From the NCBI GenBank assembly GCA_017403345.1, contig JAFQOH010000025.1:25602-89601 (forward strand): DNA of 64,000 bases. The letters run 5' to 3'. Under the pieces are notes generated by a model. That model saw only the letters and a program-made list of their open reading frames with translations, did not search any database and had not been told where the DNA came from. Below are positions 1-10,420 of this stretch, piece by piece. A program made the translations under genes and the position numbers. Source of the DNA: Thermoguttaceae bacterium (lineage in GTDB: Bacteria > Planctomycetota > Planctomycetia > Pirellulales > Thermoguttaceae). How positions within the stretch are numbered: the first letter of the stretch is position 1; the number at the start of each line of letters is the position of its first letter.

Positions 1-326
1 AAAAGGTCCATTGCGGATCTTGCATCTTTTCATGTTTTCACATCAAAGATCACAGTCTTTCAGTTTGTTTTTTCCATGTTCTCAGCGGCACAAATAATAT
101 AATGTGAACCGGTACGCAGCTGCCGAAAAATCACTAAAATATTGAACTCTTTTTTCTCATTTTCTCCAAATTTCGCAGAAAACGGATTTTATCGTAGACT
201 TTTCATCTGGTTGAGACGATAAAGAAAAAGACAGAGATTTGGCCGCGGAGCCCAAAAAGCACTCCGTGGACCGGCTCACGCAGCGGAAATGTATGCTCAC
301 CGGGACAAATCCAGGAAAATCTTTTT

Positions 327-1880
327 ATGAAGAGGAAATTCATGAGCTATTTTTTACGAAATCGGCTTTTTAGGGCACTGGCTGCCGGATTGATCTGTGC
401 AGGGGGCATGGTACTTCAGGCTTCGGCCCAGAATGCGCCGCAGAGTACCGTGAACATCGCGCAGCTGCGTGCTGCCGCAGAACAGGGAGATGCGGAATCA
501 CAGCTTTCCTTGGGAATGTACTATTTCATGGGTGAAGGCGGCCTGAAACAAAGCGATGCGGATGCGATCAAATGGTTCCAGCTTGCGGCAAAGCAGAAAA
601 ATTACCAAGCGCAGTACATGCTTGGCATTTACTGCATGGAAGGCCGCGGAATCAAAAAAAATGAGGAACTAGGGACCAAACTCATTCTGAGCGCCGCGAA
701 CGGAGGTTTTGCGGAAGCACAGTACGAGTATGCAAGCATGCTGGCCGAGCAGAACAAAATGTCGGAAGCGCTTCCCTGGATGAAAAAGGCTGTCGCGCAG
801 GAATACTATCCGGCATTCGTTGCACTGGGATCTCACTACATCGCAACGGCAAAACCTGGAACTCCCGAAATGAACCAGGGGATCCAGCTCCTCATGGCTG
901 CGGCATCGGAGGGAGATCTGGATGCACAGCTGACACTGGGAGCAGCTCTCGTTGAGCAGAAAGAGACTGCCGCTGGAGTCGTCTGGCTGGAAGTTGCGTC
1001 GATGAACGGCGCGAAAGATGTGGCGGAAGCCCTGAAAGAGCTGAAAGTCTCACCGGAAGAGGCGTGCGAGATCGCGTCCGTTTTCTATCATGGAGACGGC
1101 ATCATTCCCAAAAACTATCAGAAATTCAAATTCTGGGCAGAAAAATCTGCCGCAGAAAATTACGCAGGCGCACAGACTCTCCTTGGAATGTACTACTGCA
1201 TCGGAGTGAATCATGAACTCACACCGGAACGCGGAGTCGAATTCTTAGAAAAAGCGGCGGCGCAGAATGATCCGGAAGCTCTCACTCTTCTGGCGATCTG
1301 CTGTCGAAACGGACGCGGGACCGCGCAGGACCCCAAACGTGCGATCGAACTGCTTCAGAAAGCCGCGAAACAGAATTATGCTCCGGCATACACGCAGCTC
1401 GCATTTTCATCGCTTTTCGGGAGCGGGATCGTTTCCAAAGAAGACGTCACCCGAAAACTCTTCCAAAAAGCCGGTGCGATGAACGAACGTACGGCATTGG
1501 TCTTCATGGACTACTGCACCAAGAATTCTCTTTCGTTCGAAAACGGCCCCGCTCTCCTGAAGCAGATCGCAGCCGCAGCGAAAGCCGGGGATGCACAGGC
1601 ACAGTATCTCATGGGAGAAATATACTGTGACGGGCACGGCGTGAAGATGGATGAAAAGATCATGGTCGCCTACTATACCATGGCGGTCAAACAGAACTAC
1701 ATTTACGCGTTGACGGAACTTTCTAGGCTTTACGAAATGGGAATTTACGTCAAAGAGAACCGCGACGTCGCCATTCAGCTGGCTCTCAAAGCGGCCGAAC
1801 AGGGAGACCAGCAGGCTCTCTCCTACCTCAATTCGGTCGGACAGGTCGATGCGGCGGAGCAAACGCAAAATCTTAACTAA
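327..1880 (+). CDS. Secreted Sel1-like (SLR/TPR-family) repeat protein
   Basis: 517-aa ORF. Signal-like N-terminus (LAAGLICAGGMVLQASAQ). Many ~36-aa Sel1-type repeats, e.g. GDAESQLSLGMYYFMGEGGLKQSDADAIKWFQLAAKQ, AQYMLGIYCMEGRGIKKN, AQYLMGEIYCDGHGVKMD. Confidence 0.8.
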   Translation: MKRKFMSYFLRNRLFRALAAGLICAGGMVLQASAQNAPQSTVNIAQLRAAAEQGDAESQLSLGMYYFMGEGGLKQSDADAIKWFQLAAKQKNYQAQYMLGIYCMEGRGIKKNEELGTKLILSAANGGFAEAQYEYASMLAEQNKMSEALPWMKKAVAQEYYPAFVALGSHYIATAKPGTPEMNQGIQLLMAAASEGDLDAQLTLGAALVEQKETAAGVVWLEVASMNGAKDVAEALKELKVSPEEACEIASVFYHGDGIIPKNYQKFKFWAEKSAAENYAGAQTLLGMYYCIGVNHELTPERGVEFLEKAAAQNDPEALTLLAICCRNGRGTAQDPKRAIELLQKAAKQNYAPAYTQLAFSSLFGSGIVSKEDVTRKLFQKAGAMNERTALVFMDYCTKNSLSFENGPALLKQIAAAAKAGDAQAQYLMGEIYCDGHGVKMDEKIMVAYYTMAVKQNYIYALTELSRLYEMGIYVKENRDVAIQLALKAAEQGDQQALSYLNSVGQVDAAEQTQNLN

Positions 1881-1890
1881 AACGTAAAAT

Positions 1891-1936
1891 ACACACTCCG
1901 GGAATACTCTTCCACCCGGAGTGTGTGTTCCCTTTT
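1891..1936 (+). terminator. Rho-independent terminator candidate after the Sel1-repeat gene
   Basis: Perfect 12-bp stem acacactccggg / cccggagtgtgt with a 12-nt loop, followed by gttcccttttc. Confidence 0.6.
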
Positions 1937-2205
1937 CAATCTTTAACCCCTGTATTTAACTCAATTTCCATTCAAAGCTGATTTTGCTTTTAAAATAATT
2001 TTCTAATATAATTATTACGACCCGAACCAGAGCGGTCCCCAATTTCTATATTTTTTCAATTCCCACACTTTTGAATGAACAAATTTTTTGAAATTACCGT
2101 TTTTTAAGTTAGGAAGATACCGCGAGTTCATGTCCATGCCCCTGTCTCATGAATTTCAGTACCAGCCAAAACCTGAAACCATTTTCATTTGACTTAGAGG
2201 TGCTT

Positions 2206-4362
2206 ATGAACGATTTTCAAGTTCAGAACGAAAATTCATTCCGGTCCACATTTGCGACTTTTTTTTCTCTTCTGTTCTTTCTTTTTTCCTACTGTATTCC
2301 GGAACAGATCTGCGCAGAAACGGTCTCATTACCAGCAGCTTCCGAGACGCGCTGGCTGAAACTCATGAATGTCGATCAGGTCACAGACTACTCCGGCCTT
2401 GGCGTGAATGCCGCAGTCATCGATGATGCGATCCACGCCCACACTTGGTTCAAGGACAATATTCAAACAAGTCTGACACAGACCAATTCCTCATTCAAAG
2501 TTCAGGGACGTGCCGATGGAGACTACGATGCCGTTGAACTCATCATTTCAACGATCGACGGAGCAGAACCATCCTCTGCGTCGGAATCTCACGGGACCAG
2601 AACGGTCGGCAGTCTCGTTCAGGCCGCGAATGATGTGACATTAACGGTGATCAAAACGGATCTGAGCACCATTACGATCCCGACGAACATTCGGACGGCC
2701 GTCGAAAAAGGAGCGCAGATCATCTCCAATAGCTACGGAAGCAATGCCGGTTACTCCGGATTGTGCGGTTTCTCCGATCCCCTTGCCGATGAGTTCGGTT
2801 CCGGTTTCTTCTACCTCACTGCCGAAAACGGCAAAACTGTATGGCTGAGCGAAAACACGGTCTCCCAAATGAACTTCTACGAAGCGTTCGAGGAAGCCGA
2901 AGACGCAAACACGGTCATTTTGTACTCGGCAGGAAATCAGAGGGCCTCAAATATCGGAAAAACGAACGGGCAGATCACACAGTATAATAGTCAGGATGCC
3001 AACAAAATAGCATTTCAGGCGGCACCGCAGACGATCACAGTCGCGGCTCTCAACAGCGAGGGGACCAAATACGCGTCCTTCTCCAATTACGGAGCCTGTA
3101 TCCTCACGTGCGCCCCGGGGACCAGCATCACGACGAGCAGTTACGATTTTGATTCCGGAACGGACACGACCGCGACAGTCAGCGGAACATCTTTTTCGTG
3201 CCCTCTGGCTGCCGGAGCCGTCGCGCTTGCCGCCGAAGCCGCTGAAGAAGCTGGACTCACCATGAACAGCCGACTGGCAAAACACCTGATCGCCGCGACC
3301 GCAGTGAAAGTGGATTCCGAAGCAGAAAATATCGGCTGGGCCGTTTCTGACGGAACTACGCTCACGTCCCACGACGCACGTTCCGCATGGGTCACGAACA
3401 TGGCGGGAAATTCCTTCTCGCATTCCTACGGATTCGGTCTCATCGACGCAGCCGGAATGTGCGAGATGATCCAGCAGGGTGTTACGCTGACAGAACAGTC
3501 GATCCTGACTGTCGATCTTACCGATTTGTCCGACCTTTCCTACTCCACGGAGGACATTGCTTGCTACGTTTCCGGCCTCGCATTCGGAAATTCCTCGTCC
3601 GCCGCCTCATGTGACGTGACCGCCTCTGCCTCCGTACAGTTGACGACCTTCAGTACGGTAGAGACTTCCACTTCGTCCTATTCCGGTTTTTCAGCCACGG
3701 CCAGCCCCCTTTCGACCCCCGTTTCTTCGGTCTCCATGGCGGTACAGGATCTTGCAGTCGGGATAGCAGCGGAAACCGTCTCCGTTGGCGATGCGTACGT
3801 CGTCATCGATGGTCAACAGGTCCGCGTCGACAGCGGCACGCAGCTCCTTTCCCGTTCTTTTTCCATTGATGAGGCCCTCATCCAGGGCGTCACCTTCCAG
3901 TCACTGGAAGAAGTCAGCCTCACCGTCGGAATGTCCGGAACGCTCGGAGCTCTGGAGTTCGTTTTGACTCACACTGCCGAAGACGGGCGTTCGACCTCCA
4001 GCATCCTCGCATTTGCGCAGGAAAGTTCCGAAGGCTTGGATCTTACGGAAGACGGCGTGTACTGGACGTTCTCCTCCAATGCCTTCTGGGGAGAAGAGGC
4101 CGAAGGGGAATGGACGCTGGACATTTACGATATGTTTGACTTGGCCGAGAGCGAAGAGAACAGTACGGAATTCTATCTTGATTCCCTGTACGCGACTTTC
4201 CGAATGGGAGATCTGGTGACAGACACCGCCGATCTTCTTCCGGGAGAAATTCCAGGAACCGGAAACGGCGGCTCTTCCGTTCCGGAACCGTCCGCTCTCC
4301 TCCTTCTTCTGTTCGGCACTACGGCTCTTTGGAGTCTGAAAGGCAGCAGGAAGACAAAATAA
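2206..4362 (+). CDS. Subtilisin/kexin-like S8 serine protease with P (proprotein-convertase) domain and PEP-CTERM anchor
   Basis: Catalytic motifs are VIDDAI (Asp), HGTRTVGS (His), ISNSYGS (oxyanion Asn) and GTSFSCPLAAGAVALAAEA (Ser). P-domain-like WGEEAEGEWTLDIYD. C-terminal VPEPSALLLLLFGTTALWSLKGSRKTK is PEP-CTERM. Start set at ATG 2206 (agagg 7 nt upstream), ahead of the hydrophobic signal TFATFFSLLFFLFSY. The ORF track starts at 2149. Confidence 0.85.
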   Translation: MNDFQVQNENSFRSTFATFFSLLFFLFSYCIPEQICAETVSLPAASETRWLKLMNVDQVTDYSGLGVNAAVIDDAIHAHTWFKDNIQTSLTQTNSSFKVQGRADGDYDAVELIISTIDGAEPSSASESHGTRTVGSLVQAANDVTLTVIKTDLSTITIPTNIRTAVEKGAQIISNSYGSNAGYSGLCGFSDPLADEFGSGFFYLTAENGKTVWLSENTVSQMNFYEAFEEAEDANTVILYSAGNQRASNIGKTNGQITQYNSQDANKIAFQAAPQTITVAALNSEGTKYASFSNYGACILTCAPGTSITTSSYDFDSGTDTTATVSGTSFSCPLAAGAVALAAEAAEEAGLTMNSRLAKHLIAATAVKVDSEAENIGWAVSDGTTLTSHDARSAWVTNMAGNSFSHSYGFGLIDAAGMCEMIQQGVTLTEQSILTVDLTDLSDLSYSTEDIACYVSGLAFGNSSSAASCDVTASASVQLTTFSTVETSTSSYSGFSATASPLSTPVSSVSMAVQDLAVGIAAETVSVGDAYVVIDGQQVRVDSGTQLLSRSFSIDEALIQGVTFQSLEEVSLTVGMSGTLGALEFVLTHTAEDGRSTSSILAFAQESSEGLDLTEDGVYWTFSSNAFWGEEAEGEWTLDIYDMFDLAESEENSTEFYLDSLYATFRMGDLVTDTADLLPGEIPGTGNGGSSVPEPSALLLLLFGTTALWSLKGSRKTK

Positions 4363-4467
4363 AAAAAATCGGCAAAAAAACGGCAAAAAATCGCAGAAAT
4401 CGCAAAAAAATCCGGGAATTCCAGGGGGATGGACCTTGCGCTTTTCTGAATTTGGGATAAAATTGAG

Positions 4468-4516
4468 ATCGGTCCTTTTTGAGAGTAAAAACACTCTGTT
4501 CAGGACCGATTTTTTG
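4468..4516 (+). terminator. Rho-independent terminator after the S8 protease gene
   Basis: 9-bp stem atcggtcct / aggaccgat with an inner gagagt/actct pairing, followed by tttttgtttt. It lies inside the ORF-track N-terminal extension of asnS, which argues for the downstream asnS start. Confidence 0.65.
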
Positions 4517-4550
4517 TTTTTTCAGTTTCGTTCTCAATCGGAGTGTCCTC

Positions 4551-5954
4551 ATGGCAGAAAAAATGAGCGTCAAGGCAGTGCGTCAGGCTGACGCGATCGG
4601 TAAGGAAGTCTTTCTTCAAGGGTGGGTCCGCACGTGCCGCGACCAAAAAGCATTCTGCTTCATCGAACTAAATGATGGTTCCTGTTTCGGGAATATTCAG
4701 ATCGTCGCGCCAGATTCGCTCGAAAATTATGAAAGCGTAAAAAAACTCACTTCTGGAAGCAGCATTGCAGTGACGGGCACTGTCGTTCAGTCTCCCGGAA
4801 GCAAACAGCCGACGGAAGTTCAGGCACAGGCGATCGAGATCTACGGATACGCGGCAGAAGATTACCCGATCCAGAAAAAACGCGCGACGTTCGAATACCT
4901 GCGCACCATCGCGCACCTGCGTCCCCGTACGAACTCATTCAACGCGGTTTTCCGCGTCCGAAACCGGATCAGTTACGCGATCCATCAGTTTTTTCAGAAC
5001 GAGGGATTCATTTACGTTCACACGCCGCTGATCACCAGCAGTGACTGCGAAGGCGCCGGCGAAATGTTCCAAGTCACGACGATGGATCTGGATGCTCTGC
5101 CTCGCACAAAAGAAGGGAAGATCGACTATTCGCAGGATTTCTTCGGCAAAAAGACTTCACTGACGGTCTCGGGACAGCTTGCGGTGGAAAATTACGCGCA
5201 CGCATTCGGTAAGGTCTACACATTCGGACCAACATTCCGAGCGGAGAATTCCAACACGCCGCGTCATCTTGCTGAATTCTGGATGATCGAGCCGGAAATG
5301 GCATTTTACCTGCTCGAGGACAATATGGAGCTGGTCGAAAAGTTCCTGAAGTTCATCGTGAAATCCGTTTTGGAAGACTGCCCGGAAGACATGAAGTTCT
5401 TCAACGACCGCATCGACGAAACGCATCAACTTCTCGACCGTCTGAATGCCCTGCTCGAGAGTACCTTCCAGCGATGTTCCTACACGGAAGCGATCGAGAT
5501 CCTCGAAAAAGCCGCCGCAAACGGCCAGAAATTCGAGTACCGCGTGCAGTGGGGGATGGACCTTCAGAGCGAGCATGAACGCTACCTGACGGAAAAACAT
5601 TTCAAAGCACCGGTCATCGTGTACAATTATCCGAAAGGGATCAAGGCTTTCTATATGCGCCTGAACGATGACGACAAAACGGTCCGCGCAATGGACGTTC
5701 TCGTGCCGGGCGTTGGTGAGATCATCGGAGGAAGCGAACGCGAATATCGTCCGGAAGTGCTTGAAAAACGCATGATCGAGATGAATCTGGATCCGAAAGA
5801 CTACTGGTGGTACATGGATCTGCGCCGTTTCGGAACGGTCCCGCACAGCGGTTTTGGACTCGGTTTGGAACGCATTATCATGTACGTGACCGGAATGACG
5901 AACGTCCGCGACGTCATCCCGTTCCCGCGCACCCCAGGAAACGCTGATTTCTAA
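4551..5954 (+). CDS. asnS: Asparagine--tRNA ligase
   Basis: Class IIb aaRS. OB-fold N-terminus ([25 protein letters not shown]), motif 2 [21 protein letters not shown] and motif 3 [27 protein letters not shown]. Start moved to MAEKMS at 4551. Confidence 0.9.
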   Translation: MAEKMSVKAVRQADAIGKEVFLQGWVRTCRDQKAFCFIELNDGSCFGNIQIVAPDSLENYESVKKLTSGSSIAVTGTVVQSPGSKQPTEVQAQAIEIYGYAAEDYPIQKKRATFEYLRTIAHLRPRTNSFNAVFRVRNRISYAIHQFFQNEGFIYVHTPLITSSDCEGAGEMFQVTTMDLDALPRTKEGKIDYSQDFFGKKTSLTVSGQLAVENYAHAFGKVYTFGPTFRAENSNTPRHLAEFWMIEPEMAFYLLEDNMELVEKFLKFIVKSVLEDCPEDMKFFNDRIDETHQLLDRLNALLESTFQRCSYTEAIEILEKAAANGQKFEYRVQWGMDLQSEHERYLTEKHFKAPVIVYNYPKGIKAFYMRLNDDDKTVRAMDVLVPGVGEIIGGSEREYRPEVLEKRMIEMNLDPKDYWWYMDLRRFGTVPHSGFGLGLERIIMYVTGMTNVRDVIPFPRTPGNADF

Positions 5955-6001
5955 ACCGGTCTCCATACGGCCAACCAGAAACCGCGGACATTAAAAACCA
6001 G

Positions 6002-6035
6002 AACCGCAGATGCCGAAACGCACTGCGGTTTTTTC
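6002..6035 (+). terminator. Rho-independent terminator after asnS
   Basis: Stem aaccgcag / ctgcggtt followed directly by tttt. It sits between convergent genes. Confidence 0.65.
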
Positions 6036-6083
6036 GTGAAGCCGATTTTTTGAAAAAAGGAGTCGGGAGATCCTCTCGCCAAA

Positions 6084-6977
6084 TCAGAATTCATCCAGAA
6101 TATCCAGATCGATATCTTCTTCCGAGCCGTTCTCCCCGCGTTCTTCGCCGTCGGCCTCTTCACTGCCCCCCTCAACAGTCTTCGGTTCTTCCGCAGCAAG
6201 AGGTTCCGGTTTGGAATCTTTTTTCCTCAGGAATCCCGCAGCACGTTCCAGAAAACGGCCTCCGGGAAGTGCGCCGTCTGACGCAGTTTCTGGCGACATT
6301 TCCGATTCCAGTTCTTCCATTCCTTCGGGATCTTTCATCAAATTCGCGTCGATAAACGTCCGGATCTCCTCGATCATGCGTTCCTGATTCTTCGCGACCT
6401 GTCCATCCACGATCGTGCGGACGAATTTCATTTCACGGCATCGGACTTTCAATTGCGTCGAACTCTTGACGCGAATGACCGTCGTCCCAGTCTTGGGAAT
6501 GACGGAAAAAAGCCCAAGCTGTGGTTCTGTGTCTTTCGGAATGATAGCCAAAGAAAACTCGATCTTCTCAAGCTCCGCGAGCGTCATTCCCATTTTCCGT
6601 ATCTCTTTCGGCTCGATCGAGACGGATTCCCCCTTAATTTGAATACCATCTGCCATTTCAAACGTAATGTTCAGTTTCAATTTCAAAAGCCCGAGTTCCG
6701 GATGCAGATACTCGTAATCGATCGGCTCACCGGCCAAGAACTGTTTGGCAGCTTTCGCAAAATCCAGTTTCGGCGCGTTTTCATCCGTCTCTGCCTGTGG
6801 AAGTTCCTTTAGATTCATGGCCCGCTTGCAGACCTGCGAAAGCGGAGCATCAATGGCAAAATCGTGGATCTGGCTGCCGCGATATTCAAATGACCCGGTC
6901 TTGAACCAAAGAAGAGAGACCGCAGCAAAAAGCAGCAAAAGAAGCACTGCGATCCCGATCGAACGCACGGTTTTCAT
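6084..6977 (-). CDS. Hypothetical membrane-anchored protein with strongly acidic C-terminus
   Basis: ORF with an N-terminal TM/signal anchor (SIGIAVLLLLLFAAVSLLWF) and the tail EEADGEERGENGSEEDIDLDILDEF. No recognisable family. ATG at 6977 is preceded by aaagga. Confidence 0.5.
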   Translation of the reverse strand: MKTVRSIGIAVLLLLLFAAVSLLWFKTGSFEYRGSQIHDFAIDAPLSQVCKRAMNLKELPQAETDENAPKLDFAKAAKQFLAGEPIDYEYLHPELGLLKLKLNITFEMADGIQIKGESVSIEPKEIRKMGMTLAELEKIEFSLAIIPKDTEPQLGLFSVIPKTGTTVIRVKSSTQLKVRCREMKFVRTIVDGQVAKNQERMIEEIRTFIDANLMKDPEGMEELESEMSPETASDGALPGGRFLERAAGFLRKKDSKPEPLAAEEPKTVEGGSEEADGEERGENGSEEDIDLDILDEF

Positions 6978-7088
6978 GATTTTCCTTTCCTGAAATGAAA
7001 AGATCCCCAAAAATGGACGGAGTATTCGAAATCATTCCCGGATACTCCGTCAAAAAAGTTGATTTTCGCTGGAAAACAGCAGGATACC

Positions 7089-9602
7089 TCAGACGGTCTC
7101 CCTCTTTCGACGGTACAGCATCCCGATCCCCAGGATCCCCAGGACCAAAAGCGTCCAGGTCCCCGGTTCCGGCACCGCATTATTGTCCATCGAAAGGAAA
7201 AGTCCGCCGTTTGCGTAGGAAAGCTCCCACGCATCACGGAAATTCGCACTCAAAAGTGCATCGTAATCGTATTCGGCACCGAAATTCGGAAAAACTTCCG
7301 CGATCTGGTACGTTACGAACTGCTCAAACTTGTAATTTTCCGCAGGCACGAGATTGAAGATCCCATTCTCAAGATCTGCCGTAAAGTTCGCGGCATCCGT
7401 CGAAACATTCAGTTTCGTGGTGTTTCCGTTCGCGTCCAGGATGACGTCGATCCCCCCCTGAATGTTGACCGAATCTGCGTCCAGAAGATGGGATCCGGCT
7501 GCAAAAGCGAGCGTTCCGCCCTCACCGACCGTCAGATTTTTCGCGTAGAGCGGGACTGCGTTCATTTTGAGCGTTCCGTCATTTACCGTGACGCTGGCCA
7601 GCGGTGCAGATTCCGTACCGACTCCGACCGTCTGGAAAGTCTGCGTGCCGTCCCCTTCCTTCACGAGATTCAGATTTCCGGAAAGCGTTCCGGAATAGAC
7701 GGGCACAGTGGACGGCGCGACGTTGAGGATCAGTTTCTTCCCGGTGTCGGACGATGCCGTCGTCGTGAAGGTCTTTCCGGAACCATTCTGCAGACCGCCG
7801 AACGTCAGGTCATTCGCGCCGTTGGTCCGCGCATTGTCGTTGAGCCGGAAGATCGCTTTCGTGTTGACGGAACCGTTGAGATCCACATACCCGCTGTCTC
7901 CGTTCACCGTGAGATATTTTCCGGTCAGGTCCGCGCCTTCAAAATCGGAAATTGCGCCGGAAAGACTGAAAGTCCCGCTCCAGCCGCACTGAACACCGCT
8001 GGAATTTTTAAGGAAGATCGGCGCGGTGAGTTCTCTGTTCGCCGCGATCTCACCAGCATACTGAAGCGTACCGCCGTTGAGGATGATTCCTTTCGATTTC
8101 GAGAGCGATTCGTTGGAGAAATGCGTCGTTCCATGCGTGATCTCATAGAAACCGTTGAACGTCGATTCCCCAACGATGAATCCGCGTGAACCGTTGAGGA
8201 TCAGGTTTCCGCTCTGGACACCTTCCTCCGAGTGGACCGTCAGGTATCCGCGGCCCGTGTCAAGTGCCAGTTCGCCCCCGTCCGCGCCGACGTAAAGCGC
8301 ACCGTTTCCGAGAACCGAAACACCGCTTTTCGCGTTTCCGTAAAAGCGCAATCTTCCGCTTCCGTTCACGTAAACATCCGCGTCGATCGTCGCGATCGTA
8401 TCGGTCGCGGAATCAAAGTTCAACGTACCGCCAGTGATGATGAACGTGTCCGCGTCGATCGATTTCCGGAATGACATGATAGATTCGCCGGTCTTTTTTA
8501 CGGTTTTAAAACCAGTAACTGTCCCGTAGAAAGTCAAATCGCCGCCAGTCGCCTGGAACGTGACGGAAGCGTTTTCAAGCCCCGCGGCCGGCTGAATGAC
8601 CGCGTTGGCTCCAGTATCCGAAGAACCGAACAGGTTGTGGAACGTCAAATCGGAAACGCCGACATTCACCGTCCCGTTGACCGTCATCGGAAGAGTGACA
8701 GCAGCATTAAGGTCCAGTACTGCCCCCGCATCGACGGTAAGTTTTACGGCATTGAAATTCGCGGAATTCAGCGTTAGTTTTCCAGCTTTGACGGCTGCGG
8801 TCTGAGAGAAATTTGACTTGGAGCCGCTTCCTAAAGTCACGTTCACGCCGTTGACGACGAGCGTCTGCGCCATCATTCCGCCGTCGAGCGAATAGGTTCC
8901 GGCACCGTTAAACGTGATCCCAGCCGAGGCGCGCAGATCGTAAGCGGCAGCACCGCTGCTGTTTTTCGTGCCGGTAAAGGTCAGGACCGTATCGTCCCCT
9001 TCCAGCGTCATGGAACCAGAGGCGACCTGAACGGCAGCTCCATTGGCTTCAGAGACGATATTGTCGCGAAAAACTGCCGTTCCGGACAGCGTCATGCCGG
9101 TGGCTGCACGCAGAGCGGCGGACTGATTTCCGAGTGCACCTTCGATGGTGACGTTTTCCATACGGAAAGTCGAAGGCGTCTGATCGTTTCGGTAAAAAAC
9201 GCCTCCGCCGTCATTCAGTTTGCCGCAGTCTTTGAAGTAGAGGTCTTTCAGAATGTACGTACCGTGTGCGTAATCGCAAAAACGGTAGTTTCCGCCGGTT
9301 TTGATCATGACCTGCGTACCGGACGTACCGGACTGGATGGTGAAAGTTCCGTCCTGACCGACGCCGTTTCCGTTGAATTGCGCATCCGTCGTAACTTCGG
9401 AAGCGTAGATCGTCAGGATCCCGCCGTTTTCCATAGCACGTCCCGCGGAAGTGAGGACCGTGGAATCGTAAGCCGTGACTGTACCGTCAGCTTTTTTCCA
9501 GGTAAACGACTGCGCATGAGCAGTCTGCGGCTGGGACAACATGGAAATTCCAAGCACAAGGGCGCAAAATCCGGCATTCTGAACTATTTTTTGCGTTCTC
9601 AT
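7089..9602 (-). CDS. PEP-CTERM-anchored protein built of autotransporter-associated beta-strand / passenger-like repeats
   Basis: Signal peptide (CALVLGISMLSQPQTAHAQ). About 750 aa of G/T/N-rich beta-helix-like repeats (GGTLNF, GTLQYAG, NGDSGYVDLNGS, GTLKMNA). C-terminal VPEPGTWTLLVLGILGIGMLYRRKRETV is PEP-CTERM. Confidence 0.75.
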   Translation of the reverse strand: MRTQKIVQNAGFCALVLGISMLSQPQTAHAQSFTWKKADGTVTAYDSTVLTSAGRAMENGGILTIYASEVTTDAQFNGNGVGQDGTFTIQSGTSGTQVMIKTGGNYRFCDYAHGTYILKDLYFKDCGKLNDGGGVFYRNDQTPSTFRMENVTIEGALGNQSAALRAATGMTLSGTAVFRDNIVSEANGAAVQVASGSMTLEGDDTVLTFTGTKNSSGAAAYDLRASAGITFNGAGTYSLDGGMMAQTLVVNGVNVTLGSGSKSNFSQTAAVKAGKLTLNSANFNAVKLTVDAGAVLDLNAAVTLPMTVNGTVNVGVSDLTFHNLFGSSDTGANAVIQPAAGLENASVTFQATGGDLTFYGTVTGFKTVKKTGESIMSFRKSIDADTFIITGGTLNFDSATDTIATIDADVYVNGSGRLRFYGNAKSGVSVLGNGALYVGADGGELALDTGRGYLTVHSEEGVQSGNLILNGSRGFIVGESTFNGFYEITHGTTHFSNESLSKSKGIILNGGTLQYAGEIAANRELTAPIFLKNSSGVQCGWSGTFSLSGAISDFEGADLTGKYLTVNGDSGYVDLNGSVNTKAIFRLNDNARTNGANDLTFGGLQNGSGKTFTTTASSDTGKKLILNVAPSTVPVYSGTLSGNLNLVKEGDGTQTFQTVGVGTESAPLASVTVNDGTLKMNAVPLYAKNLTVGEGGTLAFAAGSHLLDADSVNIQGGIDVILDANGNTTKLNVSTDAANFTADLENGIFNLVPAENYKFEQFVTYQIAEVFPNFGAEYDYDALLSANFRDAWELSYANGGLFLSMDNNAVPEPGTWTLLVLGILGIGMLYRRKRETV

Positions 9603-9776
9603 AAAAACCTCAACAAAACGGCTTCAGGCACAAATATTTAAAACATCACCTGTACGTAAACCATATTTTAATCCGGTTCTCAAAAAAATCAAGCAAAAAA
9701 ATGGAGAAAATCGCAAAAAATTTTTCTTTTCACCAGACTGCGCGTCAAAATTCAAAAAAAACCGCCAAAACGGCAT

Positions 9777-10328
9777 TCATTCCGCGATCGTGAACCACTC
9801 GTTCGGGCTGTGGAACGTACCGTGCATGAAATCGGTGATCGACGTGAGTTCCGGTTCCTCTTCATTCTGCCAGTAATTGTATCGGCAGATGGTGAATCGG
9901 CTTCCGGCAAGCGTGACGTTTCCCAGCGCGGAGAGCGGGATCTCCATCCTCGCCTTCCATTCCCCGTCCAGGACCTCCACGCGTCCCTTCATGCCGGATT
10001 CAAAGATCTGCTCCTCAAACGGCACGATGCGCAATTTTTCGACGCTCGGAATGTGAAGCTGAAGCGTTCGGGCATTCGGCGGCGTGACGTGGAACTCGAA
10101 GTAGTCCTCCCGTCCGGCCGGCTGAAAGAAAAACTCAAGCGCGTCGCCCGTCGTCCAGGTCCGCTCGTTCTCCTTCTCCGCCGTGTTGAAAATATCGGAA
10201 TCCTCCAGTACTGCCGTGACGGTCAGTGTCTTTCCATCGCACTGCAGGACCGCGATCCCCGACTCCCGCGGAGCCGTCCCGTCCAGATGCGTCAGTGCTT
10301 TTGCCTGTCCAAGTTTGTATGAAAGCAT
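9777..10328 (-). CDS. Small CBM9/DOMON-like domain protein (weak assignment)
   Basis: 183 aa. GDALEFFFQPAGREDYFEFHVTPPN and WKARMEIPLSALG..GSRFTICRYNY resemble the carbohydrate-binding family 9-like fold. No signal peptide seen. Confidence 0.45.
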   Translation of the reverse strand: MLSYKLGQAKALTHLDGTAPRESGIAVLQCDGKTLTVTAVLEDSDIFNTAEKENERTWTTGDALEFFFQPAGREDYFEFHVTPPNARTLQLHIPSVEKLRIVPFEEQIFESGMKGRVEVLDGEWKARMEIPLSALGNVTLAGSRFTICRYNYWQNEEEPELTSITDFMHGTFHSPNEWFTIAE

Positions 10329-10420
10329 TTTCTTTCCTCCTTTCGATCAATTCCTATACGTATTTCGCCGAAGCTCCGCGGACGCACACGCAAAATTCCT
10401 CACCCTCGGAGGGGTGGCTC

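Noticed and set aside
4479-4550. N-terminal 24-aa extension of asnS in the ORF track
   Set aside because: The extension overlaps the terminator hairpin of the upstream gene and has no counterpart in AsnRS proteins. MAEKMS at 4551 fits the conserved N-terminus.
7059-8189. 376-aa plus-strand ORF, and similar antisense ORFs at 12067-13224 and 28099-28944
   Set aside because: Each lies opposite a better-supported minus-strand gene (PEP-CTERM repeat protein, porin-like protein, grpE) and has an Arg/Val-rich shadow-frame composition.
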